Shown: positions 21,064-31,249, counted from the whole stretch's first letter. The stretch is DNA of 61,248 bases, filler included, from a candidate division TA06 bacterium SM23_40 (GCA_001303705.1; 4 parts of 4 records of this genome joined end to end with filler, not necessarily neighbours in it); one strand, 5' to 3'. Numbers and translations are program-made. Notes: a model not told the origin generated them from the letters alone.

Positions 21064-21092
21064 ATTCTACCCTCAAGAACCGCTTTTGTCAA
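21064..21092 (-). promoter_or_regulatory. Sigma70 promoter
   Basis: TTGACA-N17-TAGAAT. Confidence 0.8.
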
Positions 21093-21454
21093 GCAAAAAT
21101 TTCACACACGCCAGAGGCTGCGCCGGGGCCACAGAAACCCGATTCCGCACATTTCCTTGCGGTAGGCAAGGGCCTCAACCCTCGACGGCGACGGATCAGA
21201 TTACCCACCTGCCAAGCCCGAAACACGGCGGCGGATGCCGGGCGGAATGGTCGCCACGCAGAAGATGCCTGGGATCTGTTTGTCGCGTATCGGGGCTGCC
21301 GTTGGGATGTCGCGACATCGGAGACGGCAGCCACCATCTCCGCCCGCACCATGATCATAGGGCCTGTCGAATAAGGCGTACCACCCCCCTGCCCGGAAAC
21401 AGGATCCGCGTCCGTGCATTCGTGGCCGCAGGCGTCGTCATCGAAGAGAGGATG

Positions 21455-21554
21455 NNNNNNNNNNNNNNNNNNNNNNNNNNNNNNNNNNNNNNNNNNNNTT
21501 AATTAATTAANNNNNNNNNNNNNNNNNNNNNNNNNNNNNNNNNNNNNNNNNNNN
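21455..21554. other. Artificial contig linker
   Basis: N-run containing TTAATTAATTAA (stops in all six frames). Confidence 0.98.
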
Positions 21555-21845
21555 GGTATGGACAGGGGCGCTCTCTCTGGCCGCCGACTCGACGCGCATC
21601 AGCCTCATGAACTCCGTGAACCCTACGCCTGCCTGGCAGCGGCCCTCGCAGGCCCGGCAGGTGAGGCAGGACCAGAGATCCGACTCGCCAGCGACTTCCT
21701 CACCCAATCCGACGATGGCGCGCTCAACGGCAAGACGAGGAGAGAATCGACAGCCGACCCGGGAGAGCGGGCAGCTCCCCGTGCAGATACCGCACTCGAG
21801 ACAGCGGTATGCCTTCGTCTGCCCGATGATCTCCTCGTAGGTCAT
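21555..21845 (-). CDS. HdrD-like Fe-S protein, N-terminal 2x[4Fe-4S] part (truncated by contig end)
   Basis: CLECGICTGSCP and WSCLTCRACEGRC; paralogue of 32887-34029. Confidence 0.8.
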
Positions 21846-22312
21846 CGCCGGGCGCCTCCTGCCTCCTCGACTCCACCGGGAGTGCGGGAAGAGACCGATC
21901 TATCCTCCCTGCTCATGGGACCGAGGTCGCGGATCCTCTCGACAAACTCGGCCATTACCGCAGCAAACCTCCCGGCCTCGGCTGCGGATATCCATTCTAA
22001 CCCCAGTCGCCTCTCGTCTATTCCCGCAGTCCGGGCCAGGCGGATTGTCATCTCCATCATCTCCTGGCAGCGCTCATTGCCGTCGACGTAGTGGCAGTCA
22101 CCTATATGACATCCCGTCACCAGAACACCATCGGCGCCCTGGCGAAATGCCTCGAAGATAAGAGAAGCGCTCACCCTGCCGGAGCACATCGTCCGGATCA
22201 GCCTGACTGACGGGGGGTACTGGAGCCGGGACACGCCCGCGCTGTCAGCCCCCGCGTATGAACACCAGTTGCAGGCGAAGACGATGATGTCAGGCTCCCA
22301 GTCCTCTCTCAT
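21842..22312 (-). CDS. mvhD: MvhD/FlpD-type [2Fe-2S] subunit
   Basis: [35 protein letters not shown]. Confidence 0.92.
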   Translation of the reverse strand: MREDWEPDIIVFACNWCSYAGADSAGVSRLQYPPSVRLIRTMCSGRVSASLIFEAFRQGADGVLVTGCHIGDCHYVDGNERCQEMMEMTIRLARTAGIDERRLGLEWISAAEAGRFAAVMAEFVERIRDLGPMSREDRSVSSRTPGGVEEAGGARR

Positions 22313-24090
22313 CGTACCCCTCCCGCGCTCCCCCCCTCGTCACCGTGGCGGGCTCCGGCCAACAGGGCGGGACGAGCCGCGCGCAGCATGGCACGGATCT
22401 GCTCGTCTGTGAAATGGAAGAGGGTCATCGCGCCACTCGGGCATCGCGCGGCACAGACGCCGCACCCCTTGCACAACACTTGATTGACCCTAGCGACCGC
22501 AAGTCCCCGTTCGTTCTCCACCATTTCGATCGCCGCATATCTGCAGAGGTCTCGGCACAGGCCGCAGCCACGACAGATCGCTTCATCGATATCGACCACT
22601 ACCGGCTCGACGACGACCTTGCCATTGACGAGCGGCACCAGAGCGCGCGAGGCCGCAGCCGAAGCCTGCGCACACGCCTCGGATATCCGACACGGCCATC
22701 GGGCGGCGCCACAGAGGAACATACCCTCGGTCGCGAAGTCGACCGGCCGCAGCTTCACGTGCGCCTCGAGGAAAAAGCCATCCTTGTCGACCGGGACTCT
22801 GAGCATCTGACCCAGGGACCGCGCATCCGGACGGGCCACCATCGGCGTCGACAGGACGATCAGATCGGCAGGAAGAAGGACCTCCTCTCCCAGCAGCAAA
22901 TCGTATATCCGCACACCCCGGCTATCGACGAGAGGGGGACGCTCTGGATCGTATCTGGCGAAGACGACTCCCGCCTCCCGTGCGCGCGCAAACCAGTCCT
23001 CGAACTCGGTGCCATAGCCCTGGATGTCGCGATAGAGCACGTACACGCTCCTCCCGCTGTCTTCCTCGACAAGCATTGAGGCGTTCTTGATCGCGTTGGC
23101 ACAACAGACACGGGAACAGTACTCGCGCTCGGGCAGCCTCGCCCCGACGCACTGGATCATGACGATGGTTCCGGCCTCGACAGACCCCTGGCTCATCCGG
23201 CGCGCAAGCTCGAGCTGTGTGATGACACGCTCCCCATCGTACCCGAACAGGCCGTGGGGCTCGAGCACGTCGGCCCCGGACGCGACCACGATGACGCCCG
23301 CTTCCAGTTCTCGCTCATCCCCGCCCGTGCGAACGGTGAGGACATAGTTGCCGATGAATCCCCTGACACCTGTCAGCTCGGTAGCGGTCAGTACCTCGAT
23401 GTGCCTGTGTTCGATCACCCGGGGGATGAACTCCTCGAGAACCTCGCGCGCCTCCCTGCCGGAAGGGTACAGACGGTAAAGACCCCGGAGCCGCCCGCCG
23501 AGGTCGGGCTCACGCTCGATGAGCACTGTATCGAATCCCGCATCTCCCAGATCGAGTGCCGCGTTCATGCCGGCGATCCCGCCCCCGATCACCACCGCTC
23601 TCCGGTCGACATCGACTTCAATCGGCTCCCTCGGCCCGAGCCTGGCCGCCTTGGCCACCGCCATTCGCACCAGCGCCGCCGCCTTCTTCGTCGCCCTCTC
23701 CTTATCATCCATATGGACCCAGGAGCACTGATTCCTGATGTTCGCCATTTCTACGAGATAGGGATTGAGACCCGCCTCTCCACATACCTCGCGGAACAGA
23801 GGCTCGTGAGTCCTCGGGCTGCAGGCCGCGATGACAACTCTATTGAGGTTATGTTTGCGAATGGATTCGGATATTTCCTTCAGTCCGCTCTCCGAGCAGG
23901 CATACATCGTCGTCACCGAGTAGACGACCCCAGGGGATGCTCCGGCCTCCCTGGCCACAGCATCGACATCGAGAAACCCGGCTATGTTCGTGCCACAGTG
24001 GCAGACGAAAACACCGATCCTCAACTGATCGGCGCCTGCCTCCGCGGCAGATCTCAGACTCCCTGGTCCCATTTCTGTCCCCTGAGTCAC
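22309..24090 (-). CDS. hdrA: HdrA-family flavoprotein (second module of a split pair)
   Basis: [59 protein letters not shown]-terminal 2x[4Fe-4S]. Confidence 0.9.
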   Translation of the reverse strand: MTQGTEMGPGSLRSAAEAGADQLRIGVFVCHCGTNIAGFLDVDAVAREAGASPGVVYSVTTMYACSESGLKEISESIRKHNLNRVVIAACSPRTHEPLFREVCGEAGLNPYLVEMANIRNQCSWVHMDDKERATKKAAALVRMAVAKAARLGPREPIEVDVDRRAVVIGGGIAGMNAALDLGDAGFDTVLIEREPDLGGRLRGLYRLYPSGREAREVLEEFIPRVIEHRHIEVLTATELTGVRGFIGNYVLTVRTGGDERELEAGVIVVASGADVLEPHGLFGYDGERVITQLELARRMSQGSVEAGTIVMIQCVGARLPEREYCSRVCCANAIKNASMLVEEDSGRSVYVLYRDIQGYGTEFEDWFARAREAGVVFARYDPERPPLVDSRGVRIYDLLLGEEVLLPADLIVLSTPMVARPDARSLGQMLRVPVDKDGFFLEAHVKLRPVDFATEGMFLCGAARWPCRISEACAQASAAASRALVPLVNGKVVVEPVVVDIDEAICRGCGLCRDLCRYAAIEMVENERGLAVARVNQVLCKGCGVCAARCPSGAMTLFHFTDEQIRAMLRAARPALLAGARHGDEGGSAGGVR

Positions 24091-25379
24091 TCCCGGGCCC
24101 CTGTCAGGGCCTTGAAGGCCTTGGCCGCAGCGGCGGATCCCCCTGTGACCGAATCGGGGATGTCGAGCGGCTCACGGCAATAGCCGCAGGCGTAGATACC
24201 CGGTACCGATGCCTGTACCGGCGACAGCGGGTCGCTCGCCACGAACCCATAGGCGTCGAGATCGACTCCCAGTCGCCGGGCCAGATCCCCGATCCCCGCG
24301 CTCGGCACGAGCGCCGTGCAGAGGACGACCAGATCGGCAGTGCCCTCGCCCAGCCAACCGGTGTCCGTATCTTCGTACCGGATCGACAATCGATGCTCTT
24401 TTCCGGCGACGACCTCCGCCACGCGACCGCGAATGTACGCTACGTCGTACATCTCTCTCGCCCGGCGTAGATATTCCTGAAACCCTTTCCCCCCGGCCCT
24501 GAGATCCATGTAGTAGATCGTAGACCTCACCTCGGGATCGTGTTCGGCGGCGAGAATCGCGGCCTTCGTCGCATACATGCAGCAGACAGCCGAGCAGTAG
24601 GGGCTGTTGCGCCGATCCCGGGATCCGACACACTGGATGAATCCGATCCGACGCGCATGGCCGCCATCGGAAGGCCGGCAGACGTGCCCTCCGGTCGGGC
24701 CCGCGGAGGACGTGAGCCGCTCCAACTGGAGGGACGTTATCACATCCGGGTGCCGCCCGAACCCGTACTCGCCCATCGGCGTGGGATCGAAGCAATCATA
24801 CCCGACCGCAACGATGATCGCGCCGACCTCTAACGTCACTGTTTCATCCTGTTGTTCGAAATCGATGGCCCCGATGTCGCAGAACCGGAGGCATACGCCG
24901 CATTTCTGTTTCTCCAGATAGATACAGTGCTCGCGATCGATAGTGAAGGCCGCAGGCACCCCTTGATCGAAGTAACTGTAGATGGCCTTGCGGTTGGCAA
25001 GACCCATCTCGAACTCATCCGGCACATCCACCGGGCACTTCTCTGCGCAGCGGCCACAGGCAGTACACAGATCTTCCTTCACGTACCGCGCGTGCTTCCG
25101 CACGGTGACGGTGAACTGGCCGACTGAACCGCTGATCCCTTCTACCTCGCTCAGCGTGAGCAGCTCGATGTTCGGATGTCGACCGACATCCGCCAGCTTC
25201 GGCGCAAGTATTCAGATGGAGCAGTCATTCGTGGGGAATGTCTTCGCCAATTGCGCCATGCGTCCCCCGATAGAAGGATTCTTCTCGACGAGAAATACTC
25301 TCACCCCTCTATCGGCGAGATCGAGCGACGCCTGGATCCCGGCTATGCCGCCACCGATGACCAGCACACTCCCTTCCAT
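24087..25379 (-). CDS. hdrA: HdrA-family flavoprotein, probable selenoprotein (in-frame UGA at codon 56, 25212-25214)
   Basis: ATG 25379 behind [21 protein letters not shown]...[24 protein letters not shown] continues in frame into ORF 24087..25103. SECIS-like hairpin downstream. Confidence 0.88.
25173..25192 (-). promoter_or_regulatory. Bacterial SECIS-like hairpin
   Basis: CGGATGTC-GGTC-GACATCCG; the loop starts 27 nt after the UGA. Confidence 0.75.
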
Positions 25380-25736
25380 CAGTCCCCCTATCCATCAGAC
25401 AGGCAGCGCGGGCCCCGAATCCGTGTCTCAAGCAGCCCACTCCGCTGCCTCTCACGTTCCTACCTGGCACTCGACAGGGAGAATCTGTCTCACACTTAGT
25501 GCCCGATATCCGCCCCGACTATGCTTCCTCCTCCCCTCCGTATTCGGTGTGAGGGGCACGGTACCTCGCCCCGGTTCCATCCCGGCGAGGGGGATACCAG
25601 CCAGTTCCTGCTCCGCCCCACAGCAGGCGAGGGGTCCCCGGGTGCGGAACCCCGCCCGGTCGCTCAGGAGCGGTTACGGGAAGGGCGGGCAGGGCGGCAG
25701 CCCCGCGAAGCTCGGCGAGAACTGCCGCCGCCCCAA

Positions 25737-26663
25737 TCAGAGAGGAAGATGCTTCAGGTTGTCTTTGTAGATACCGGCCGACTTCTGGAACAGGTCTTTC
25801 TCCTCCGCCGCCATCTCGACCTCGACGATCTTCTCCACTCCCTTTTTGCCGAGAACCGTCGGCACGCCGATGAATACGCCTTTCACCCCGTACTCGCCTT
25901 CGAGATAGCACGAGACCGGCAATAGCCGGCGGGTACCCTTGAGCAGACATTCCAACATCTGCACTATGGCGGCCGCGGGAGCATAGTATGCACTCCCCGT
26001 CTTGAGGAGGCCGACGATCTCTCCCCCCGCCTTTCTCGTCCTCTGGACGATCGCATCGAGGCGGTCCTTGGGAATGAGTTGCGGAACGGGCACGCCGGAC
26101 ACACTCGCCGAACTCGCGAGCGGCACCATCGAGTCTCCGTGGCCGCCCAGCACCATGGCCTGCACATCGACACTGGAGATGCCCAGCTCCATGCCGATGA
26201 ACGTCCGGAATCTGGATGTGTCGAGGATCCCTGCCATCCCGAACACCCGATTCTTGGGAAAACCCGTCAGTTTGTAGGCATAGTAGGACATCACATCCAG
26301 CGGATTCGTCACCATCAGGAGCATGCAGTCCGGCGCGTGTTTGATGACGTGATCCATGCAACTCTTCACGACTTCTGCGTTGGCCTTCAGTAAATCTTCC
26401 CGCGACATGCCCGGCTTGCGGGCGAATCCTGCCGTCATCACGACAACGTCAGAGCCCTTCATATCCTTGAAGTCATTCGTGCCGACAGTGCTGCATCCGA
26501 ACCCCACGACCGGCCCTGACTCATAGAGGTCGAGGCATTTGCCCTGAGGCACGCCCTCAATGATATCGACGACGACGACATCGCACATCTCTTTCGCAGC
26601 AAGAAGGACTGCGGTCGTGGCACCCACATGTCCGCCACCGATGATGCTCACCTTCTTCTCCAT
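25737..26663 (-). CDS. mdh: Malate dehydrogenase (LDH-like type)
   Basis: GGGHVG, TAGFARKPGMSREDLL (Arg specificity loop), VTNPLD, LGGHGDSMVP, LLKTGSAYYAP. Confidence 0.95.
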   Translation of the reverse strand: MEKKVSIIGGGHVGATTAVLLAAKEMCDVVVVDIIEGVPQGKCLDLYESGPVVGFGCSTVGTNDFKDMKGSDVVVMTAGFARKPGMSREDLLKANAEVVKSCMDHVIKHAPDCMLLMVTNPLDVMSYYAYKLTGFPKNRVFGMAGILDTSRFRTFIGMELGISSVDVQAMVLGGHGDSMVPLASSASVSGVPVPQLIPKDRLDAIVQRTRKAGGEIVGLLKTGSAYYAPAAAIVQMLECLLKGTRRLLPVSCYLEGEYGVKGVFIGVPTVLGKKGVEKIVEVEMAAEEKDLFQKSAGIYKDNLKHLPL

Positions 26664-26732
26664 TGACACCCTCCTTCTGACTGGTCAGACGGTGATACAA
26701 CCCACTCAGACATTCCTCCCTCTTCCTTCGAA

Positions 26733-28007
26733 CTACACTCCAACATCGCCGGGATCCCGTACCTGCACATTGGGGACAACGACATTCGCATCGGTCAGGA
26801 CGAGCACACGAGCGTCCTGCCCCACCTCCCCGAGCGCCCTGTCGATCGCCCCCTGGACGTCCGAGGCCGCTTCGACGAAGACCCTTTCGAGAACGCCGGG
26901 GGGAAGGTCCGTTACCGCACAGACCCTGACCCGCTCGAGCACATCCGCGAAGCGTGCGGCCGTATGATCACCCAGGCGATACGGCCGCTCCCCGATGATC
27001 GCCCGGACATCACCCGGGTTTTCGACTCCAGCAAGGATCTCGTGGAACGTGCTGGGCCCGACCCCCTCACGACAGCTCGAAACAAGGATCAGTATGCCGC
27101 CGTCTCTGACCGCCAGACTGGCATGCTGTATCGCCTTGTGTGACTGATAGAGGTCGATGTCCATCGGGGGATTGACGACAGCGATGACGACGTCCATCAG
27201 TCCATGTACCGGAACTGAGGCGATCTCTTTCGCCGGCCCCAGCGACGCGGCAAATGCCGCACCGAGCTCACCCGCACATGCCGAGGCAAGTCTGCGCTTG
27301 CCGTCGATCACGAACTGAAGGGCGAAGACGTTCTCTTCGCCGATGACCTCCATCGCCTCGAGCATATCCTCGTGCACCGGATTGCCATCCAACTTGAGAC
27401 ACTTCGCATCGGGAAGCAATGCCAGGCGATGGTTTCCCTCTATCGTCCTGTAGGCGGAAACTCCGGGCAAGAACGACTTCCGCCCTCCGGTGAAGCCCGC
27501 GAAGTAATGAGGCTCGAGGGACCCGATCACCACGACTCGGGATGCGTCGCGTACCCTCCTGTTGATGGCCACCTCCGTACCCCGGCTCGTGCGGCCGAGC
27601 GTGATCATCTCCTCATCATCGCGAGCACGGTGGATCTGAATACAGGGCCGAATCCGACGCAGCATCCTGCCGAATATGTAGCTCAGGCCCGCCTCGTCAG
27701 GAACACGATGGGACCCGGTCGCGACGACTACGGAGACCTGCCGCGTCCCGAATGCATCCCAGACGTGTTCGAGCGCCATCGGCGTCGGCGTCGCCCTCGA
27801 CGGGTCGTTGACGAGAACGACGACGTCTTCGGCATCGGCGATGAAGTCATCGAGTCCGGGACGGCCGAGCGGCTGCTCCAGGGCCCGTACCAACAGGGCC
27901 TTCTCATCATGCTCGGGAGCGGAGGAAGGGCCGTAGACCCCGACGAGATTCCGGTCGGGGATCTCGATCTGGTCGAAGCTCTCGTGAGGGCCAATCGCGA
28001 TCTTCAC
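26733..28007 (-). CDS. larA: LarA-family nickel-pincer hydroxyacid racemase/epimerase
   Basis: VNDPSRATP, ATGSHR, EPHYFAGFTGGRKSFLPG, NPVHEDM, DLYQSHKA, CREGVG. Start placed at GTG 28007. Confidence 0.85.
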   Translation of the reverse strand: MKIAIGPHESFDQIEIPDRNLVGVYGPSSAPEHDEKALLVRALEQPLGRPGLDDFIADAEDVVVLVNDPSRATPTPMALEHVWDAFGTRQVSVVVATGSHRVPDEAGLSYIFGRMLRRIRPCIQIHRARDDEEMITLGRTSRGTEVAINRRVRDASRVVVIGSLEPHYFAGFTGGRKSFLPGVSAYRTIEGNHRLALLPDAKCLKLDGNPVHEDMLEAMEVIGEENVFALQFVIDGKRRLASACAGELGAAFAASLGPAKEIASVPVHGLMDVVIAVVNPPMDIDLYQSHKAIQHASLAVRDGGILILVSSCREGVGPSTFHEILAGVENPGDVRAIIGERPYRLGDHTAARFADVLERVRVCAVTDLPPGVLERVFVEAASDVQGAIDRALGEVGQDARVLVLTDANVVVPNVQVRDPGDVGV

Positions 28008-28057
28008 AGTTCCGTCTCGATCCGCCGGGGGCCTCCGCCGTTCTCCTGTCCCCGTGC

Positions 28058-28483
28058 TCACGCACATCCGGAGAGCGCACGGGGACCGAAGAAAAACCCG
28101 ATCTCGGCCCGCGCCGTCTCAGGAGAATCAGAGGCGTGTACAACATTGGCCTGGATCGTCGTCCCCATGTCACCTCTCACCGTGCCGATCTCGGCTTTCG
28201 CGGGATCGGTGACGCCGACCAGCTCCCTCAGTCCCTGCACTGCCCGATCCGCCTCGAGCAGCACGACGACAACAGGCCCGGATGTCATGAACTCAACGAG
28301 CGGCCGGTAGAATGGTTTCCCCCGATGGATGGCATAGAACTCACCCGCGCGCTCATCATCGAGTCGGAGCATCTGGATTGCGCACAGCCGAAACCCTCGG
28401 GCTTCGACTCTGGCGATCACCTCCCCCACCAATCCCCTGGCCACCCCATCGGGCTTCACGATCAGCAGCGTCCTCTCACTCAC
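28058..28483 (-). CDS. ndk: Nucleoside diphosphate kinase
   Basis: ERTLLIVKPDGV, HRGKPFY, TSGPVV, NVVHASDS. Confidence 0.97.
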   Translation of the reverse strand: MSERTLLIVKPDGVARGLVGEVIARVEARGFRLCAIQMLRLDDERAGEFYAIHRGKPFYRPLVEFMTSGPVVVVLLEADRAVQGLRELVGVTDPAKAEIGTVRGDMGTTIQANVVHASDSPETARAEIGFFFGPRALSGCA

Positions 28484-28501
28484 ACGACTCCTCTCGAGCT
28501 C

Positions 28502-28648
28502 CTAGCCCTTAGAGGCTTCTTCCTTCAACCGACGTACGCTATTGCTGCCACACTTGGGACAGCTCCGTTCCTCGATCTTGTCAGGATCGTATGAGTCCGT
28601 ATATTCGTGATTGCACCGCAGGCACTTGAATTTCGCTTCCTCAGCCAT
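28502..28648 (-). CDS. 48-aa zinc-ribbon protein (not in the ORF track)
   Basis: MAEEAKFKCLRCNHEYTDSYDPDKIEERSCPKCGSNSVRRLKEEASKG*; RBS GAGGA; fills the gap between hdrA-mvhD and ndk. Confidence 0.8.
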   Translation of the reverse strand: MAEEAKFKCLRCNHEYTDSYDPDKIEERSCPKCGSNSVRRLKEEASKG

Positions 28649-28672
28649 TCCGATCCTCGCTCACTCGATCGC

Positions 28673-31147
28673 TCACGTCTTGGCGACCTCGACCGGCTCC
28701 TTCTTCGCTTTCTTGGGCTTCTTCTTCGGCTTCTTCGCCTTCTCCGTCAGAATCCGTTTCGTCTCCTCTACTTCTTCCGGGGTGACGGCCTTACGTAGCT
28801 CCTCTATCTCGCGCATTACCTTGGCGAACTTCTGCCCTTCAGCCGCACTGATCCACTCCAGCTGAAGCCGCTCTGGCCGGATCCCCTCTCTCTCGAGCTT
28901 ATCCCAGAGCTTCTCCACCCGCCGCTGCGTCCAGCGGTTCGCATCGATGTAGTGGCAGTCGGCGAAGTGGCACCCGGAGACGAGGACCAGTGGCGCACCC
29001 TTACGAAATGCGTGGAGTACAAACTCCTGGTCCACGCGGCCACTGCACATGGTCCGAATCAGGCGCGCGTTCGGCGGGTACTGGAGGCGCGAGATCCCGG
29101 CGAAGTCCCCGCCGGCGTAAGAACACCAGTTGCAGGCGAAGACGACGATCTTCTCCATGGGATCTTCCTCGAGGATCGCATCGATCTGGGCGATGATCTG
29201 AGCGTCCTCGAAGTGACGCATCGTAATCGCCCCGAACGGGCACTCGGCCGCACACGTGCCGCATCCGGCACACGATGCCTCGATGACGACAGCAGGAGTG
29301 CGTTTCTCTTTGTCGGCGATGATCGCATGATAGGGACAGACGTTGGCACAGATGGCGCAGCCTGTACAGATCTCGGGATCGATGACCGATGTGATTGCCT
29401 CGACGCTTATGCGCCCCTGACTCATGAGGATGTTGGCCCGGGCCGCCGCCGCTGAGGCCTGGGTGACGCTGTCCTTGATATCCTTGGGAGCCTCGCTGCA
29501 CCCCGCAAAGAAGACGCCACGCGTAGGCGCATCAACAGGCAGAAGCTTGGGGTGGGCCTCCATGAAGAATCCATCGGATGTCGCCGAGAGCGTGAACAGT
29601 CCTTTGAGACTCTCCATGTCCCGTCTCGGCTCGACCCCCACGGAGAGGATCACCATATCCGCGCGATGCTGCTCGAGCTGGCCGCTCGTCGTATCTTCCA
29701 CACTCAGGATCAGGTCCTTTGTTGCCGGATCCTCCTCCACTTCGCCAGGCAGGCCCCTGATATACTGCACCCCGAGTGCCTTGCTCCTCTGATACAGATC
29801 TTCGAATCCCTTGCCGAACGCTCTGATATCCATGTAGAACACCTTGATATCCGTCTCAGGCCAGTGATCCTTGATCAGCAGACTGTCCTTTACTGTGTTC
29901 ATACAGCAGACGTTGCTGCAGTACGGCTTGCCCCGCTGCTGCGATCGGGACCCGACACACTGGATGAACGCGACCCTCTCCGGCTGGCGCCGATCGGTCG
30001 GGCGCACAAGATGCCCCTCGGTGGGTCCGCCCGAGTTGATGAGCCGCTCGAACTCGAGACTGGTGATCACGTTCTCGTATCTCGTATATCCGTACTCATC
30101 CTGCTCGGTCGGATCGTACACATCCATCCCGGTGGCGACGATGACCGTCCCGACGTTGAGGGTAACTTCCCGGTCGGTCATGTCATAGTCGATGCACTCT
30201 TTTTCGCACTTTTCGAGACACTTCCCACAAGCTATCGGATTGTGCCCCAGGCAGGCCTCCATATCGATGACGAACGCCGAAGGAACGGCCTGGGGAAATG
30301 GCTGGTAGATCGCCTTCCTCGTGGAGAGACCGATGTTAAATTTATCGGGGACGACGACCGGACAGACTTCCAGGCAGTCTCCGCACGCGGTGCATTCTTT
30401 CTCATCGACGTAGCGGGCACGCCGACGCACCGTCACGTTGAAGTTCCCGACGAACCCCGTTGTTGCTGCGACTTCGCTGTAGGTCAGAAGCTCGATCCGT
30501 GGATGTCGACCGACATCCGTCATCTTCGGACCGAGTATTCATATGGAACAGTCCATCGTGGGATATGTCTTGTCGATCTGAGCCATGATCCCCCCGATGG
30601 ATGGCTCCTTCTCCACGAGATAGACCTGATATCCGGCGTTCGCCAGGTCGAGCGATGCCTGTATGCCCGCGATCCCACCCCCGATGACAAGGGCCTTCCG
30701 CTCTACCGGCACCTCGAGTTCTTTCTGCTCTCTGAGGAGTGCCGCCCGCCACACCGCCATCTTGACGAGGTCCATCGCCTTGCGTGTCGCCGCCTCCGGT
30801 TCATTGATGTGTACCCAGCTACAGTGTTCGCGGAGGTTGGCCATCTCCAGAAGGTACGGGTTGAGGCCCGCCTGCTGAATCGCAGCACGAAACGTCGGCT
30901 CGTGCATGCGAGGAGAACACGATGCGACGACGACCCGGTTCAGGTTATGCTCACGGATGTGCTGCTTGATGACCTCCTGCCCTGGCTCAGAACACGTATA
31001 CTTGTCGTTGCTTGCGATGACAACATGGGGCAACCCCTGAGCGAACTCGGTGACAACACCGCAGTCCACCGTGCCAGCGATGTTCCTGCCGCAATCGCAA
31101 ACATAGACGCCGATACGCAGCTCCTCACCGTGATTCCCATCGTCCAA
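28673..31147 (-). CDS. hdrA: HdrA-MvhD fusion, probable selenoprotein (in-frame UGA at 30539-30541, codon 203)
   Basis: ORFs 30539..31195 and 28673..30523 are in the same frame: [25 protein letters not shown]-terminal MvhD domain ([17 protein letters not shown]). Start TTG 31147 behind GGAGGTGA. Confidence 0.9.
30501..30518 (-). promoter_or_regulatory. Bacterial SECIS-like hairpin
   Basis: GGATGTC-GGTC-GACATCC; loop 27 nt after the UGA; identical to the core of the hairpin at 25173-25192. Confidence 0.75.
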
Positions 31148-31249
31148 CGAAATCACCTCCTCAGGCCTTCGAGCTCCCACGCTCACCTCGTACATCCAAT
31201 AGGAGATCTCTCATCGTTCTCACCACGACACTATTCATCGCCCGGCGCC

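Noticed and set aside
21455-21554. TTAATTAATTAA motif within N-runs (also 38632-38731 and 54315-54414)
   Set aside because: Artificial six-frame-stop linker. Links between the sulfation locus, Hdr cluster, IS and dcw genes across these gaps cannot be inferred.
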